A program made the position numbers and the translations under genes. DNA of 63,350 bases, filler included. It is 3 parts of 3 records of this genome, joined end to end, with 100 filler letters (N's around TTAATTAATTAA, not from the genome) between each part and the next. Parts side by side here need not be neighbours in the genome. Positions count along the whole stretch, not along the records: positions 29,585 to 51,568 come from DRR723986_1783; 2 more parts are not named here. One strand, 5' to 3'. Positions within the stretch are counted from its first letter, which is position 1, and each line of letters opens with the position of its first letter. The notes below the pieces were generated by a model. The model saw only the letters and a program-made list of their open reading frames with translations. It was not told the DNA's origin and ran no database searches. Shown one piece after another: positions 35,501-42,904 of this stretch.

Positions 35501-35678
35501 CGATTGGCGCGGCTATGTGCCAAACCTTGAGGTGATCGAAGTGCCCGGCGATCACGAATCCATGGTGCTTGCGCCCTTTGTGACCGTGTTGGCGCAAGAG
35601 CTGCGGGAAGTGATCAGCGGCGCCCTTGAGCCCGATCCAGAAGACAGCAACTGGCCCCGTGCCACGGCGGCGGAGTGA
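29586..35678 (+). CDS. type I polyketide synthase, 5' truncated (KS-AT-KR with inserted DH-ACP-TE)
   Basis: KS: TACSTS, HGTGT, NIGHL. AT: GHSMG. KR: TGGFGGIG, LDD, YVAAN. DH: HRTKDGQAIMP, HAGLLD. Carrier: GGHSL. TE: GYSGG. Confidence 0.95.
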   Translation: MGSYFYFNICSNPDLVDDVGMFLLRHTGNDKDFLSTRVSHVFDLKGPSINMQTACSTSLVAIHYACQALRAGEIDMALAGGVTIELPHGRGYEFKENEILSPDGHCHAFDHRAQGTVFGSGAGAVALRRLSDAIADGDHIWGVIKGSAVNNDGAAKAGYLAPSVDGQTDAIVKALDDAGVAAQSIGMVECHGTGTYLGDPIEVAALTEAYRKTTTDTDFCRIGSVKTNIGHLDTAAGVAGFVKSTLALHHKQMPPSLGYEAPNPAIPFEGSPFSVNDTLRDWPQGIAPRRAAINALGVGGTNAHAIIEEAPARPASEESDWPFHVLCVSGRSKSALDANTAALAAHMRAHPEQPLADVAFTLKNGRRGFEKRRVVVAETHEEAAALLEGGDTRRVFTHDLLGDAPEVVFMFPGGGAQYPGMARDLYETEPVFADWMDRGLAHLQPQLDYDIRALWLPEADQMDAAAERLKQPSVQLPLIAITEYALAQLWISWGVAPAAMVGHSMGENVAACLAGVMSFENLIDLVLLRGRLFDEVPAGGMISISAPLSAIEPLLGDDLDIASVNAPELIAVSGPQSALDAMQVRLADAGLEYQRIAIDIAAHSRMLEPILDRYRSFLAGLDLQAPQMPFMSNRTGQEITADEATNPDYWVGQLRDTVNFADCIATLSAPRDRVYLEVGPGKALSALAQMSEGVKPAQAFSTLRHPDQDIADDMYFMSVIGRLWACGVEADWAQIWGEARRNRVVLPTYAFQRSRYFIEPGSAAVAAPASALVRQDDMATWGAVPTWRPRFANADIDAITDLAATPQSWLIFGDGDGLAAPVMTRLRDAGHRVIAVRAGDAFARQDENTYTLAAEQGRRDYDLLIADLAERGLMPDRIAHFWLTDDHVAPRPGSSTFDRNLEQGFWSLTWLAQSLTEAGHDAPLHLSVFTTGAAQLKDEALAHPEKALIAGPVGVFPREMPGVTCAQIDIEEQAAPAPAKRGWFAPAAPSEPDIADDLTDRLLEDLMAVPANLVAAYRGTKRFEQGFKPAPLNATDDVLFEEGGVYLITGGFGGIGQTLAADILSRQSATVVLLGRDPLPDRQAWNGYLARHGTADRTARRMRSVIELETAAAAKGGRVEVAGADVANLAQMRRVIEDLQKRHGRINGVIHAAGALDDGPMLGKTDAQMDAVLSPKVQGLRVIDQLLPDGDLDCLILFSSTSTATRSAGQVDYVAANAWLNAYAAARSGDMTRVMAINWGIWADVGMATKSLSGGASDVLPARPINAALLQTMGSDVAGDPVLSAQISSAHWLLDQHRTKDGQAIMPGTGYIELLAEAATAKGLTQGFEIRDLYFLRAMPVEDETPRDLQINLSGEGAGFAAELRSDCTLNGKSGWQLHAQAQIAPISDPQPETFDLEAAFGRCAQINTAPEGGRLISPQEAHLDFGPRWHVLRETAVGADEGIAKLALPDACRDDLPEGHLLHAGLLDLATGWAIDLVPSYDASHLWVPVSYGAITVYGPLPAEIYSHVALSKTAAGDGFASFDVTICDADGRILVKVGNFAMKRLEGGFAAAPLDPREVRFDDVEAGQESLTPAEERLAYMVSQGIRAAEGPEALRRAIALGRSQVIVSSLPLNGLIAQADQPPQGASTSGQSFERPDLDGSFVAPRNGIEERLAAIWENLLGVSPVGVEDSFFDLGGHSLIAVRLFASVKREFAVEFPISVLFEAPTIAKCAALIAAQTGDAGDVSGAADTGAAPVAETFDYLVPLNQCDHKDAAPLFVVAGMFGNVLNLRHLALPFSKERRVMGIQARGLIGDTPPHTDVGEAARDYLAEVRRVQPHGPYLLAGYSGGGITAYEMAQQLRSAGEEVAVLAMLDTPLPVRPSLSRPDKALIKLAELRRKGPRYLVEWAKNRLAWEKTRRAGAQADAGDGNGSEFNNLKIQQAFLTAVGAYDTPKWDGPMTLFRPPLDLHWRVTKGRFVSAEREYVFEDNDWRGYVPNLEVIEVPGDHESMVLAPFVTVLAQELREVISGALEPDPEDSNWPRATAAE

Positions 35679-35683
35679 GAGAT

Positions 35684-36682
35684 ATGGCAGCAGCAAAAGT
35701 TCTGGTTCTGATCCTCAATTATCGCACGGCCGAGATGACCCTGCGGGCGGCAGAGGCGGCCTTGGCCGATATGCCGGCCCGGGCCGAGATGATCCTGATC
35801 GACAATGCCTCTGGCGACGGATCGGCGGGGGTGTTGCAACGTGCCATCACCGAACGGGGCTGGGATGAGAACGGTCTTGTGCGGTTGATCTTGTCGGATG
35901 TGAACGGCGGTTTTGGCGCGGGCAACAACCTTGGCCTCAAATCGCGCATGTCCGATGGCAGTGCGCCGGATTACTTCTATGTGCTGAACTCCGATGCCTT
36001 TCCCGATGCGGGGTGCCTGCCGCGTCTGATCACCCATCTGGAAAGCCACCCAAAGGCCGGTTTTGCAGGCAGCCATGTGCGCGGCGAGGATGACGTGACC
36101 CATTGTACCGCCTTCCGGTTCCCCTCCATTGCGGGTGAATTCGAAGGGGCGGCCCGCACGGGTGTTTTCTCGCGGATGCTCAAGAACGCCATCGTGGCCC
36201 CGCCAGTGCCGGATCACTCCGCCCGTGTCGATTGGGTGGCGGGGGCCAGCGTGCTGATCCGGGCCAAGATGCTTGAGGAAATCGGAGTGTTTGACGAAAC
36301 CTTCTTTCTCTATTTTGAGGAAACCGATCTGTGCAAACGCGCCGCCCGCGCCGGGTGGAGCTGTTGGTATCTGCCACAAAGCCGGGTTGTGCATATCGGG
36401 TCGGTGTCAACCGGCATGAAGGAATGGCAACGCATGCCGTCTTACTGGTTCGACAGCCGCCGCCATTACTTTGTCAAAAACCACGGTTCTGCCTATGCCG
36501 CCGCCGCCCTTGTGGCGCGGTTGGCAGGTGGGGCCATTCATCACCTGCGCTGTGCCATTTCGGGGAAAAACAGCCAGGATCCTGCCCATTTTCTGCGTGA
36601 TCTGGCGCGGCATGGCTTTGGCCTGTCGCTTGACCGGCAACCCGCAACATCCCGACGCCCCGCAACGGAGGACAGACCATGA
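35684..36682 (+). CDS. GT2-family glycosyltransferase
   Basis: ILNY, IDNASGD, NGGFGAGNN, LNSD and FFLYFEETD motifs. Alternative GTG start at 35675. Confidence 0.92.
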   Translation: MAAAKVLVLILNYRTAEMTLRAAEAALADMPARAEMILIDNASGDGSAGVLQRAITERGWDENGLVRLILSDVNGGFGAGNNLGLKSRMSDGSAPDYFYVLNSDAFPDAGCLPRLITHLESHPKAGFAGSHVRGEDDVTHCTAFRFPSIAGEFEGAARTGVFSRMLKNAIVAPPVPDHSARVDWVAGASVLIRAKMLEEIGVFDETFFLYFEETDLCKRAARAGWSCWYLPQSRVVHIGSVSTGMKEWQRMPSYWFDSRRHYFVKNHGSAYAAAALVARLAGGAIHHLRCAISGKNSQDPAHFLRDLARHGFGLSLDRQPATSRRPATEDRP

Positions 36683-39600
36683 CCGCAGCTTTTATTCCCG
36701 CCGGTTTTGACGCCATTTTGATGGGGGATGAATCCCTCACAATCGCTTGCGGTGACATGTTGTTGACGGGCGGGCATCGCCTGCCTGCCGTTGTGACGCG
36801 CGATCCGGCTGTCCGCACCTGGGCTGAGGGCAAGGGTCTCAAGATTGTAAAGCAGCCCCGCGATTTGATCGCGGCTGGCATCACTGCCGATTGGTTGCTG
36901 AGCATTGCAAACCTGCGGATGATCCCGGCGGATGTGCTGGCATTGCCCGCCAAGGGCGCGATCAACTTTCACGACGGACCGCTGCCGCGATATGCCGGTT
37001 TGAATACCCCCGCCTGGGCCATCATCAACGGCGAAGACAGCCACGGCATCACCTGGCATGTCATCGAAGGCGGCGTGGACGAGGGCGATATTCTGGCCCA
37101 ACGGATGGTGCAGATTGCCGAGGATGAAACCGCCTTTAGCCTCAATTCCAAGTGTTATGCCGCTGGTATGGAAAGTTTTGCCGACGTCGTTGCACAACTG
37201 GAAAGCGGGTTGCTGCAACGCACGGCCCAAGACCTGACACAGCGCAGCTATTTTGCCCGTGACGACCGCCCCGCCAATATGGGGGTTCTGGATTTCACCC
37301 AAGATGCCGCCAGCCTGTCGCGCCTGATGCGCGGGCTTGATTTTGGCGGCTATTGGAACCCGCTGACCACGCCCAAATTGATGGCGGGGGATCAGGCGCT
37401 GGTGATTGGCGGCCTGTCCGGGACGGATCAAACCGCCGATTGCGGTGCGGTTCTGACCGTGTCTGCGGACCGGATCACCATTGGCACCGCATCTGCGGCG
37501 GTTGAACTTTCGGGTATCACCACAATTGACGGTGCTGCTGTTGACCTCTCTCGTTTGTTCTCGGCAGGGGACAGCATCGTCCCTCCTGCGCTTGCGCCCC
37601 TGCCGGTCAAGGATGAAGCCTTTTGGCGCGCGGCCCTTGCGGGTGCTGATTGGATGTCCTGCCCTCTGGCGGGCGCGGCGTCTGCTGAGGATGGCGCAGA
37701 TCTGCAATCGCGGTCACTGGCCGCACCAAAAGGACAGGATCGCACCCAACAGGCGGCAGCTTTGGCTCTGACGGCGCTGAATTCCTCGGGGCAGGGCACC
37801 GGCACGCTTGCCCTGCGCCAAGACACGGCGCATCCCTTGCTGGTGGACCATGTGCCGCTGACACTCATTGCAACGGCGGCGACAACGGTTGCAGATGTCG
37901 TGGCGCGGTTCGGGAAAGATCTTGAACGGGCGTCTGACAGTGCGGGTTTTGCCACCGATTTGGCGCTGCGCGATCCGGCGATCGATCATAGTGAGCGTAC
38001 CGAGGTTGGCCTGAGTTTCACCGCTGATGCCGTGCCGGGTGCTGCGCTGACCCTTGCTGTGACGGATGAAGGGTGCAGCGTGATCTATGACCCTGCCCGT
38101 ATCGGAGAGGCCGCTTTGGCCCTTTTGGTGGCCCGTTTCGAAGCGGCGCTTGCGCAGATCGGGACAGCGCAAACCTGCGCTGATCTGTGGGCCTTGCCCG
38201 CGTCTGAGCGTGATCAGTTGCTTTTGGGATGGAACGCAACAGGCCGCAGCTATGACCGCACCACCATTCACGCGGCATTTGAGGCGCAAGTGGCCCTTGC
38301 GCCGGATGCCGAGGCATTGGTGTTTGAGGGGGAGGCGTTGAGCTACGGCGATCTGAACAACCGGGCCAACAAGCTGGCGCATGTTCTGCGCGACATAGGC
38401 GCGGCCCCCGGAACGCCCATCGGCCTTTATACCGCGCGGGGCGTTGATTTGATCGTGGGCGCTTTGGCGATCCTGAAATCGGGGGGCGCTTATGTGCCAC
38501 TTGATCCGGCCTATCCTGCCGACCGGATCGCCCATTACATCACGGACAGCGCCGCACCAATTATCGTGACCCAATCGGCGCTGGCCGGGCAGCTGCCCGC
38601 CCATAACGCACAGGTGGTGCAGTTGGACAGCGATGCGCGTATCGCAGCAGCCTCTGCCGCCGATCCGACAAGCGCGGCAACGGCGCAAGATCTGGCCTAT
38701 CTGATCTATACCTCCGGCTCTACCGGCACACCCAAAGGTGTGATGGTCAACCACGGCAATGTTGCCAATTTCTTTGCCGGTATGGATGACCGGATCGACC
38801 ATGAGGCGGGCGCGGTCTGGCTGGCCGTGACCAGCCTGTCGTTCGATATTTCGGTGCTTGAGCTGTTCTGGACCCTGTCGCGGGGGTTCAAGCTGGTGCT
38901 GGCTGGCGATGAAAGCCGCACACAGGTGTCGGACGGGCCAATTGGTCTGTCAGATCGCAAGATCGACTTTAACCTGTTTTATTGGGGCAATGACGGCGGC
39001 GTCGGACCCAAGAAATACGAATTGCTGCTGGAGGGGGCAAAGTTTGCCGATGCCCATGGCTTCAACGCGATCTGGACGCCAGAGCGGCATTTCCACGCCT
39101 TTGGCGGCCCTTACCCGAACCCGTCTGTCACCGGCGCAGCGGCGGCGGCTGTCACCCAGAACCTCGAAATCCGCGCGGGGTCTTGCGTGGCCCCCTTGCA
39201 CCATCCGGCCCGCATTGCCGAGGAATGGGCGGTGATCGACAACCTGACCAATGGCCGCGTGGGCATTGGTGTGGCCAGCGGCTGGCAGCCCGATGATTTT
39301 GTGCTGCGCCCGGAAAACACACCGCCAAACAACAAACCAGCGATGTTCGAAACCATTGACCAGCTGCGCCGCCTGTGGCGCGGTGAACCGGTGGAGTTTG
39401 CCAAACAGGATGGCACGCCTCATGCCGTTGTCACGCAGCCGCGCCCGGTTTCCAAGGAACTGCCCGTTTGGGTGACCACGGCGGGCAACCCCGCCACATG
39501 GCGCGAGGCGGGCGAGATCGGCGCAAATGTTCTGACCCACCTGTTGGGCCAGTCGGTGGATGAGGTCGCGGATAAGATCAAGATCTACCACGACGCCTTG

Positions 39601-41262
39601 CGCGGAGCAGGGCATGATCCGGCTGACTTTACGGTCACGGTGATGTTGCACACCTATTTGGCATCCACCCGCGCCGAGGCCGAAGAGGTCGCGCGTGAAC
39701 CGATGAAAGACTACCTGCGCTCTGCGGCGGGTCTGATCAAGCAATATGCCTGGGCATTCCCGGCGTTCAAGAAGCCCAAAGGCGTGACCAACCCTTTTGA
39801 GGTCAATCTTGAGGATCTGTCGCCCGACGAAATGGAAGGCATTCTGGAATTTGCATTCCAGCGCTATTTCAACGACAGCGGCATGTTTGGCACCGTGGCC
39901 GATGGTCTGGCACGTACAGAACAGCTCAAGCGGATTGGCGTGGATGAGATTGCCTGCCTGATCGACTATGGCATTTCGACACCCAAGGTTATGGAAGGCC
40001 TCAAACCGCTGGCCGATGTTTTGGCGCAATCCAACAAGGAAACCGTGCTGCGCGAGGATGATTACTCGCTTGCCACACAGATCGTGCGCCACGGCGTGAC
40101 GCATCTTCAATGCACGCCGTCAATGGCGCAGATGCTGGTGACCAACCACGAGGCACAGGCGGCGCTGTCGCGGGTCAAACATCTGATGGTTGGCGGCGAA
40201 GCTTTGCCGGGATCATTGGTCGCGGCGCTGAAATCCTGCACCGGGGCCAGGGTGCAAAACATGTATGGCCCGACCGAGACCACCATTTGGTCAACCACAA
40301 CGATGGTCGCAAATGGGGCTGAGGCCACTGCGCCCATCGGCACACCGATTGCCAACACGCAAGTCTATGTTCTGGATGCAGATCTGGCGCCGCAACCTGC
40401 GGGTGCTGCGGGCGAGCTTTGGATTGGCGGCGATGGGGTGACGGATGGCTATTGGAACCAGCCGGAACTGACCGCAGAGCGGTTTGTCGAAAATCCCTTT
40501 GGCACAGGACGAATGTACCGCACTGGCGATCTGGCGGCTTGGGATGCAGAGGGCGCGCTGCACTTTATGGGCCGCGCCGATGCACAGGTCAAAATTCGTG
40601 GGCACCGGATTGAGTTGGGCGAGATCGAAGCCTGCCTTGCGGCAATGGATGGCGTCACCCAATCGGTTGTTGTGCCGCGCGATGACGTGCCGGGCGGGCC
40701 GCAACTGGTGGGCTATTTCACCGCCAGCCGGACAATTGCCGATGCTGAGCTGACGGCGCATCTGTCGCGCGATCTGCCGGCGATCATGGTGCCGGGGTAT
40801 TTTGCGCAACTGGGCGCGATGCCCCTGACCCCGAATAAAAAGATCGACCGCAAGGCGCTGCCACGCCCGGACCGCCGGAAAACGGCGCGTTCGGACAATG
40901 CCGCCAGCAAAGCCGCGCCTGCCAGCGCGACGCAGGCCGCTATCGCCGGGGTTTGGTCAAAGGTGTTGGGCGTTGGAAATATCCGTGCCGAAGACAATTT
41001 CTTTGGTCTGGGCGGGCATTCCTTGCTGGCCGTGCAAGCGCACCGCGACATCAAGGCGGCGCTGGGCGCGGATCAATTGTCAATCACGGACATCTTCCGG
41101 TTTCCTACGTTGGAGGGTCTTGCCGCGCATCTGGACAAGGCTCCCGGCACAGCGGCAGAGCCCGCCGCGGAACCTGCTGTTGCGGCGCCTGATCCGGCCA
41201 AGTCGGAAACCATGTCGAAACGCCGGATGATGCGGGCAGGCCGGAGCAAGGCTGGCGCATGA
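36679..41262 (+). CDS. NRPS-like protein: formyltransferase, partial C domain, A domain interrupted by a luciferase-like monooxygenase, PCP
   Basis: INFHDGPLPRYAG and GVDEGD (formyltransferase); YTSGSTG, FDIS, YGPTE, YRTGD, KIRGHRIELGEIE (A domain); WTPERHFH and HHPARIAEEW (LLM); GGHSL (PCP). Confidence 0.93.
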   Translation: MTAAFIPAGFDAILMGDESLTIACGDMLLTGGHRLPAVVTRDPAVRTWAEGKGLKIVKQPRDLIAAGITADWLLSIANLRMIPADVLALPAKGAINFHDGPLPRYAGLNTPAWAIINGEDSHGITWHVIEGGVDEGDILAQRMVQIAEDETAFSLNSKCYAAGMESFADVVAQLESGLLQRTAQDLTQRSYFARDDRPANMGVLDFTQDAASLSRLMRGLDFGGYWNPLTTPKLMAGDQALVIGGLSGTDQTADCGAVLTVSADRITIGTASAAVELSGITTIDGAAVDLSRLFSAGDSIVPPALAPLPVKDEAFWRAALAGADWMSCPLAGAASAEDGADLQSRSLAAPKGQDRTQQAAALALTALNSSGQGTGTLALRQDTAHPLLVDHVPLTLIATAATTVADVVARFGKDLERASDSAGFATDLALRDPAIDHSERTEVGLSFTADAVPGAALTLAVTDEGCSVIYDPARIGEAALALLVARFEAALAQIGTAQTCADLWALPASERDQLLLGWNATGRSYDRTTIHAAFEAQVALAPDAEALVFEGEALSYGDLNNRANKLAHVLRDIGAAPGTPIGLYTARGVDLIVGALAILKSGGAYVPLDPAYPADRIAHYITDSAAPIIVTQSALAGQLPAHNAQVVQLDSDARIAAASAADPTSAATAQDLAYLIYTSGSTGTPKGVMVNHGNVANFFAGMDDRIDHEAGAVWLAVTSLSFDISVLELFWTLSRGFKLVLAGDESRTQVSDGPIGLSDRKIDFNLFYWGNDGGVGPKKYELLLEGAKFADAHGFNAIWTPERHFHAFGGPYPNPSVTGAAAAAVTQNLEIRAGSCVAPLHHPARIAEEWAVIDNLTNGRVGIGVASGWQPDDFVLRPENTPPNNKPAMFETIDQLRRLWRGEPVEFAKQDGTPHAVVTQPRPVSKELPVWVTTAGNPATWREAGEIGANVLTHLLGQSVDEVADKIKIYHDALRGAGHDPADFTVTVMLHTYLASTRAEAEEVAREPMKDYLRSAAGLIKQYAWAFPAFKKPKGVTNPFEVNLEDLSPDEMEGILEFAFQRYFNDSGMFGTVADGLARTEQLKRIGVDEIACLIDYGISTPKVMEGLKPLADVLAQSNKETVLREDDYSLATQIVRHGVTHLQCTPSMAQMLVTNHEAQAALSRVKHLMVGGEALPGSLVAALKSCTGARVQNMYGPTETTIWSTTTMVANGAEATAPIGTPIANTQVYVLDADLAPQPAGAAGELWIGGDGVTDGYWNQPELTAERFVENPFGTGRMYRTGDLAAWDAEGALHFMGRADAQVKIRGHRIELGEIEACLAAMDGVTQSVVVPRDDVPGGPQLVGYFTASRTIADAELTAHLSRDLPAIMVPGYFAQLGAMPLTPNKKIDRKALPRPDRRKTARSDNAASKAAPASATQAAIAGVWSKVLGVGNIRAEDNFFGLGGHSLLAVQAHRDIKAALGADQLSITDIFRFPTLEGLAAHLDKAPGTAAEPAAEPAVAAPDPAKSETMSKRRMMRAGRSKAGA

Positions 41263-41945
41263 TCGAGGCCTGCGCCGATGACGATGCTGTATTGATCCAA
41301 GCGGCAGCTGCGGCCCTGTTTGACGGGGCCGTTGCTGTGGCAATTGCAGATCCGCATCAGGCGCAGCCCCCGATCTGGCCGGAAGAGGCGCAATTTGTGG
41401 CGCAGGCGGTTTCCAAAAGACGGGCCGAGTTTGCCGCCGGTCGCAGCGCGGCGCGGGCGGCCATGCGCATGTTGGGCGGGCCGGACATCGCCATTCCGGC
41501 AAGCGCGGACCGCGCACCAAGCTGGCCCGCAGGCTGGCATGGCAGCATCACCCACAACGATCGGTGGTGTCTGGCGGCGGTCACGCGCGGGGCGGCGCAT
41601 TTGGGTGTGGATATTGAGGTGGCAACGCCGTTGAACCCCGATTTACTGTCCACAATTTGCAGTCCTGCCGAAGTGGCGCGGATTGCAGGCGCCGATCAGG
41701 GCATGCTGGCCAAGGTGGTCTTTTCCGCCAAGGAAGCCGCCTACAAGGCGCAGTATCCTTTGACAGAGACCCTGTTTGGATTTGATCATCTTGACGTTGT
41801 TTTGGCACCTTATGACGGCCAGTTTCAAGCACGGTTTGTGCAACCTGCCGGTCGATTTGCGGCTGGCGATGTGCTGCGGGGCCGCTTTGCCATGGTGCGG
41901 GGGCAGATTGTTACGGCGGTCACCATTGACCCGATGAAAGAGTAA
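41259..41945 (+). CDS. 4'-phosphopantetheinyl transferase (EntD/Sfp type)
   Basis: KRRAEFAAGR, WPAGWHGSITH, GVDIE and FSAKEAAYKA motifs. Confidence 0.92.
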   Translation: MIEACADDDAVLIQAAAAALFDGAVAVAIADPHQAQPPIWPEEAQFVAQAVSKRRAEFAAGRSAARAAMRMLGGPDIAIPASADRAPSWPAGWHGSITHNDRWCLAAVTRGAAHLGVDIEVATPLNPDLLSTICSPAEVARIAGADQGMLAKVVFSAKEAAYKAQYPLTETLFGFDHLDVVLAPYDGQFQARFVQPAGRFAAGDVLRGRFAMVRGQIVTAVTIDPMKE

Positions 41946-41956
41946 AGAGGCGTTTC

Positions 41957-42904
41957 GTGATGGCCAGTATGAGCCGACGTTTGACCCTGACCGGGCTTGC
42001 ACTTGTTGCGGCAGGCGGGGCGTTCTGGATGATGCGGCGGCAGTCGGGCAAAGCCGAGGCCGAGGCGCTTTATGCCGCGCCCTTGCCCGCCCCGAAGGGG
42101 GCGCTGCGGGTCTATCATCTGGGTCATTCGCTGGTGGGGCGCGACATGCCCGCGATGCTGGCGCAACTGGCGGGTGCGGGGCATCACTATGACAGCCAGC
42201 TGGGCTGGGGCACATCGCTTAAGGAACATTGGGAGCCGGATCTGCCGATCAATGGCTTTGATCAGGAAAATGACCATGCGCGTTTCCGCCCCGCGGCCGA
42301 AGCGGTCACGTCAGGCACCTATGATGCGGTGGTGTTGACCGAGATGGTCGAGCTGCGCGATGCGATCAAATACCACGACAGCGCCCGTTACTTGGGGCGT
42401 TGGGCCAAACAAGTGCATGAGGCCAATCCGGCGGCGCGGATCTATCTTTATGAGACATGGCATCACATCAACGACCCCGCAGGCTGGGAAAACCGCATTC
42501 GGGACGATCTCGATGCGCTTTGGCGCGAAAAGGTGCTGTATCCGGCGCTGGCCCAAAGCGGCGCGCCGATCCATCTGATCCCGGCGGGGCAGGTCATGGC
42601 GGCCTTTGTGCGTGCAGTAGAAAAGCGCGGCGGTGTGGAAGGCATCAACGGGGTGGATGATCTGTTTGCGATTTCCGATGACGGCAGCCGCGACACGATC
42701 CATATCAATGATCTGGGTGCCTATCTGGTGGCGCTGACCCATTATGCGGTGCTGTATCATCGCGATCCGACAGGGCTGCCGCATCAGTTGCAGCGGGCTG
42801 ATGGCAGCACTGCCGAGGCGCCAAGCGGCGAGGCGGCGGCGCTGATGCAGCAGGTTGTCTGGGATGTGGTGCGATCCATGCCCGATAGCGGAGTGGCGGG
42901 ATGA
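41957..42904 (+). CDS. exported or membrane-anchored SGNH-like protein
   Basis: N-terminal SRR plus hydrophobic stretch; GHSL nucleophile-like motif; DTIH (DxxH) near the C-terminus. Family call is inference. Confidence 0.7.
   Translation: MMASMSRRLTLTGLALVAAGGAFWMMRRQSGKAEAEALYAAPLPAPKGALRVYHLGHSLVGRDMPAMLAQLAGAGHHYDSQLGWGTSLKEHWEPDLPINGFDQENDHARFRPAAEAVTSGTYDAVVLTEMVELRDAIKYHDSARYLGRWAKQVHEANPAARIYLYETWHHINDPAGWENRIRDDLDALWREKVLYPALAQSGAPIHLIPAGQVMAAFVRAVEKRGGVEGINGVDDLFAISDDGSRDTIHINDLGAYLVALTHYAVLYHRDPTGLPHQLQRADGSTAEAPSGEAAALMQQVVWDVVRSMPDSGVAG

Noticed and set aside
27729-35678. FMO and cupin as tailoring enzymes of the PKS cluster
   Set aside because: They lie on a different contig, separated by rnpB and the artificial linker.
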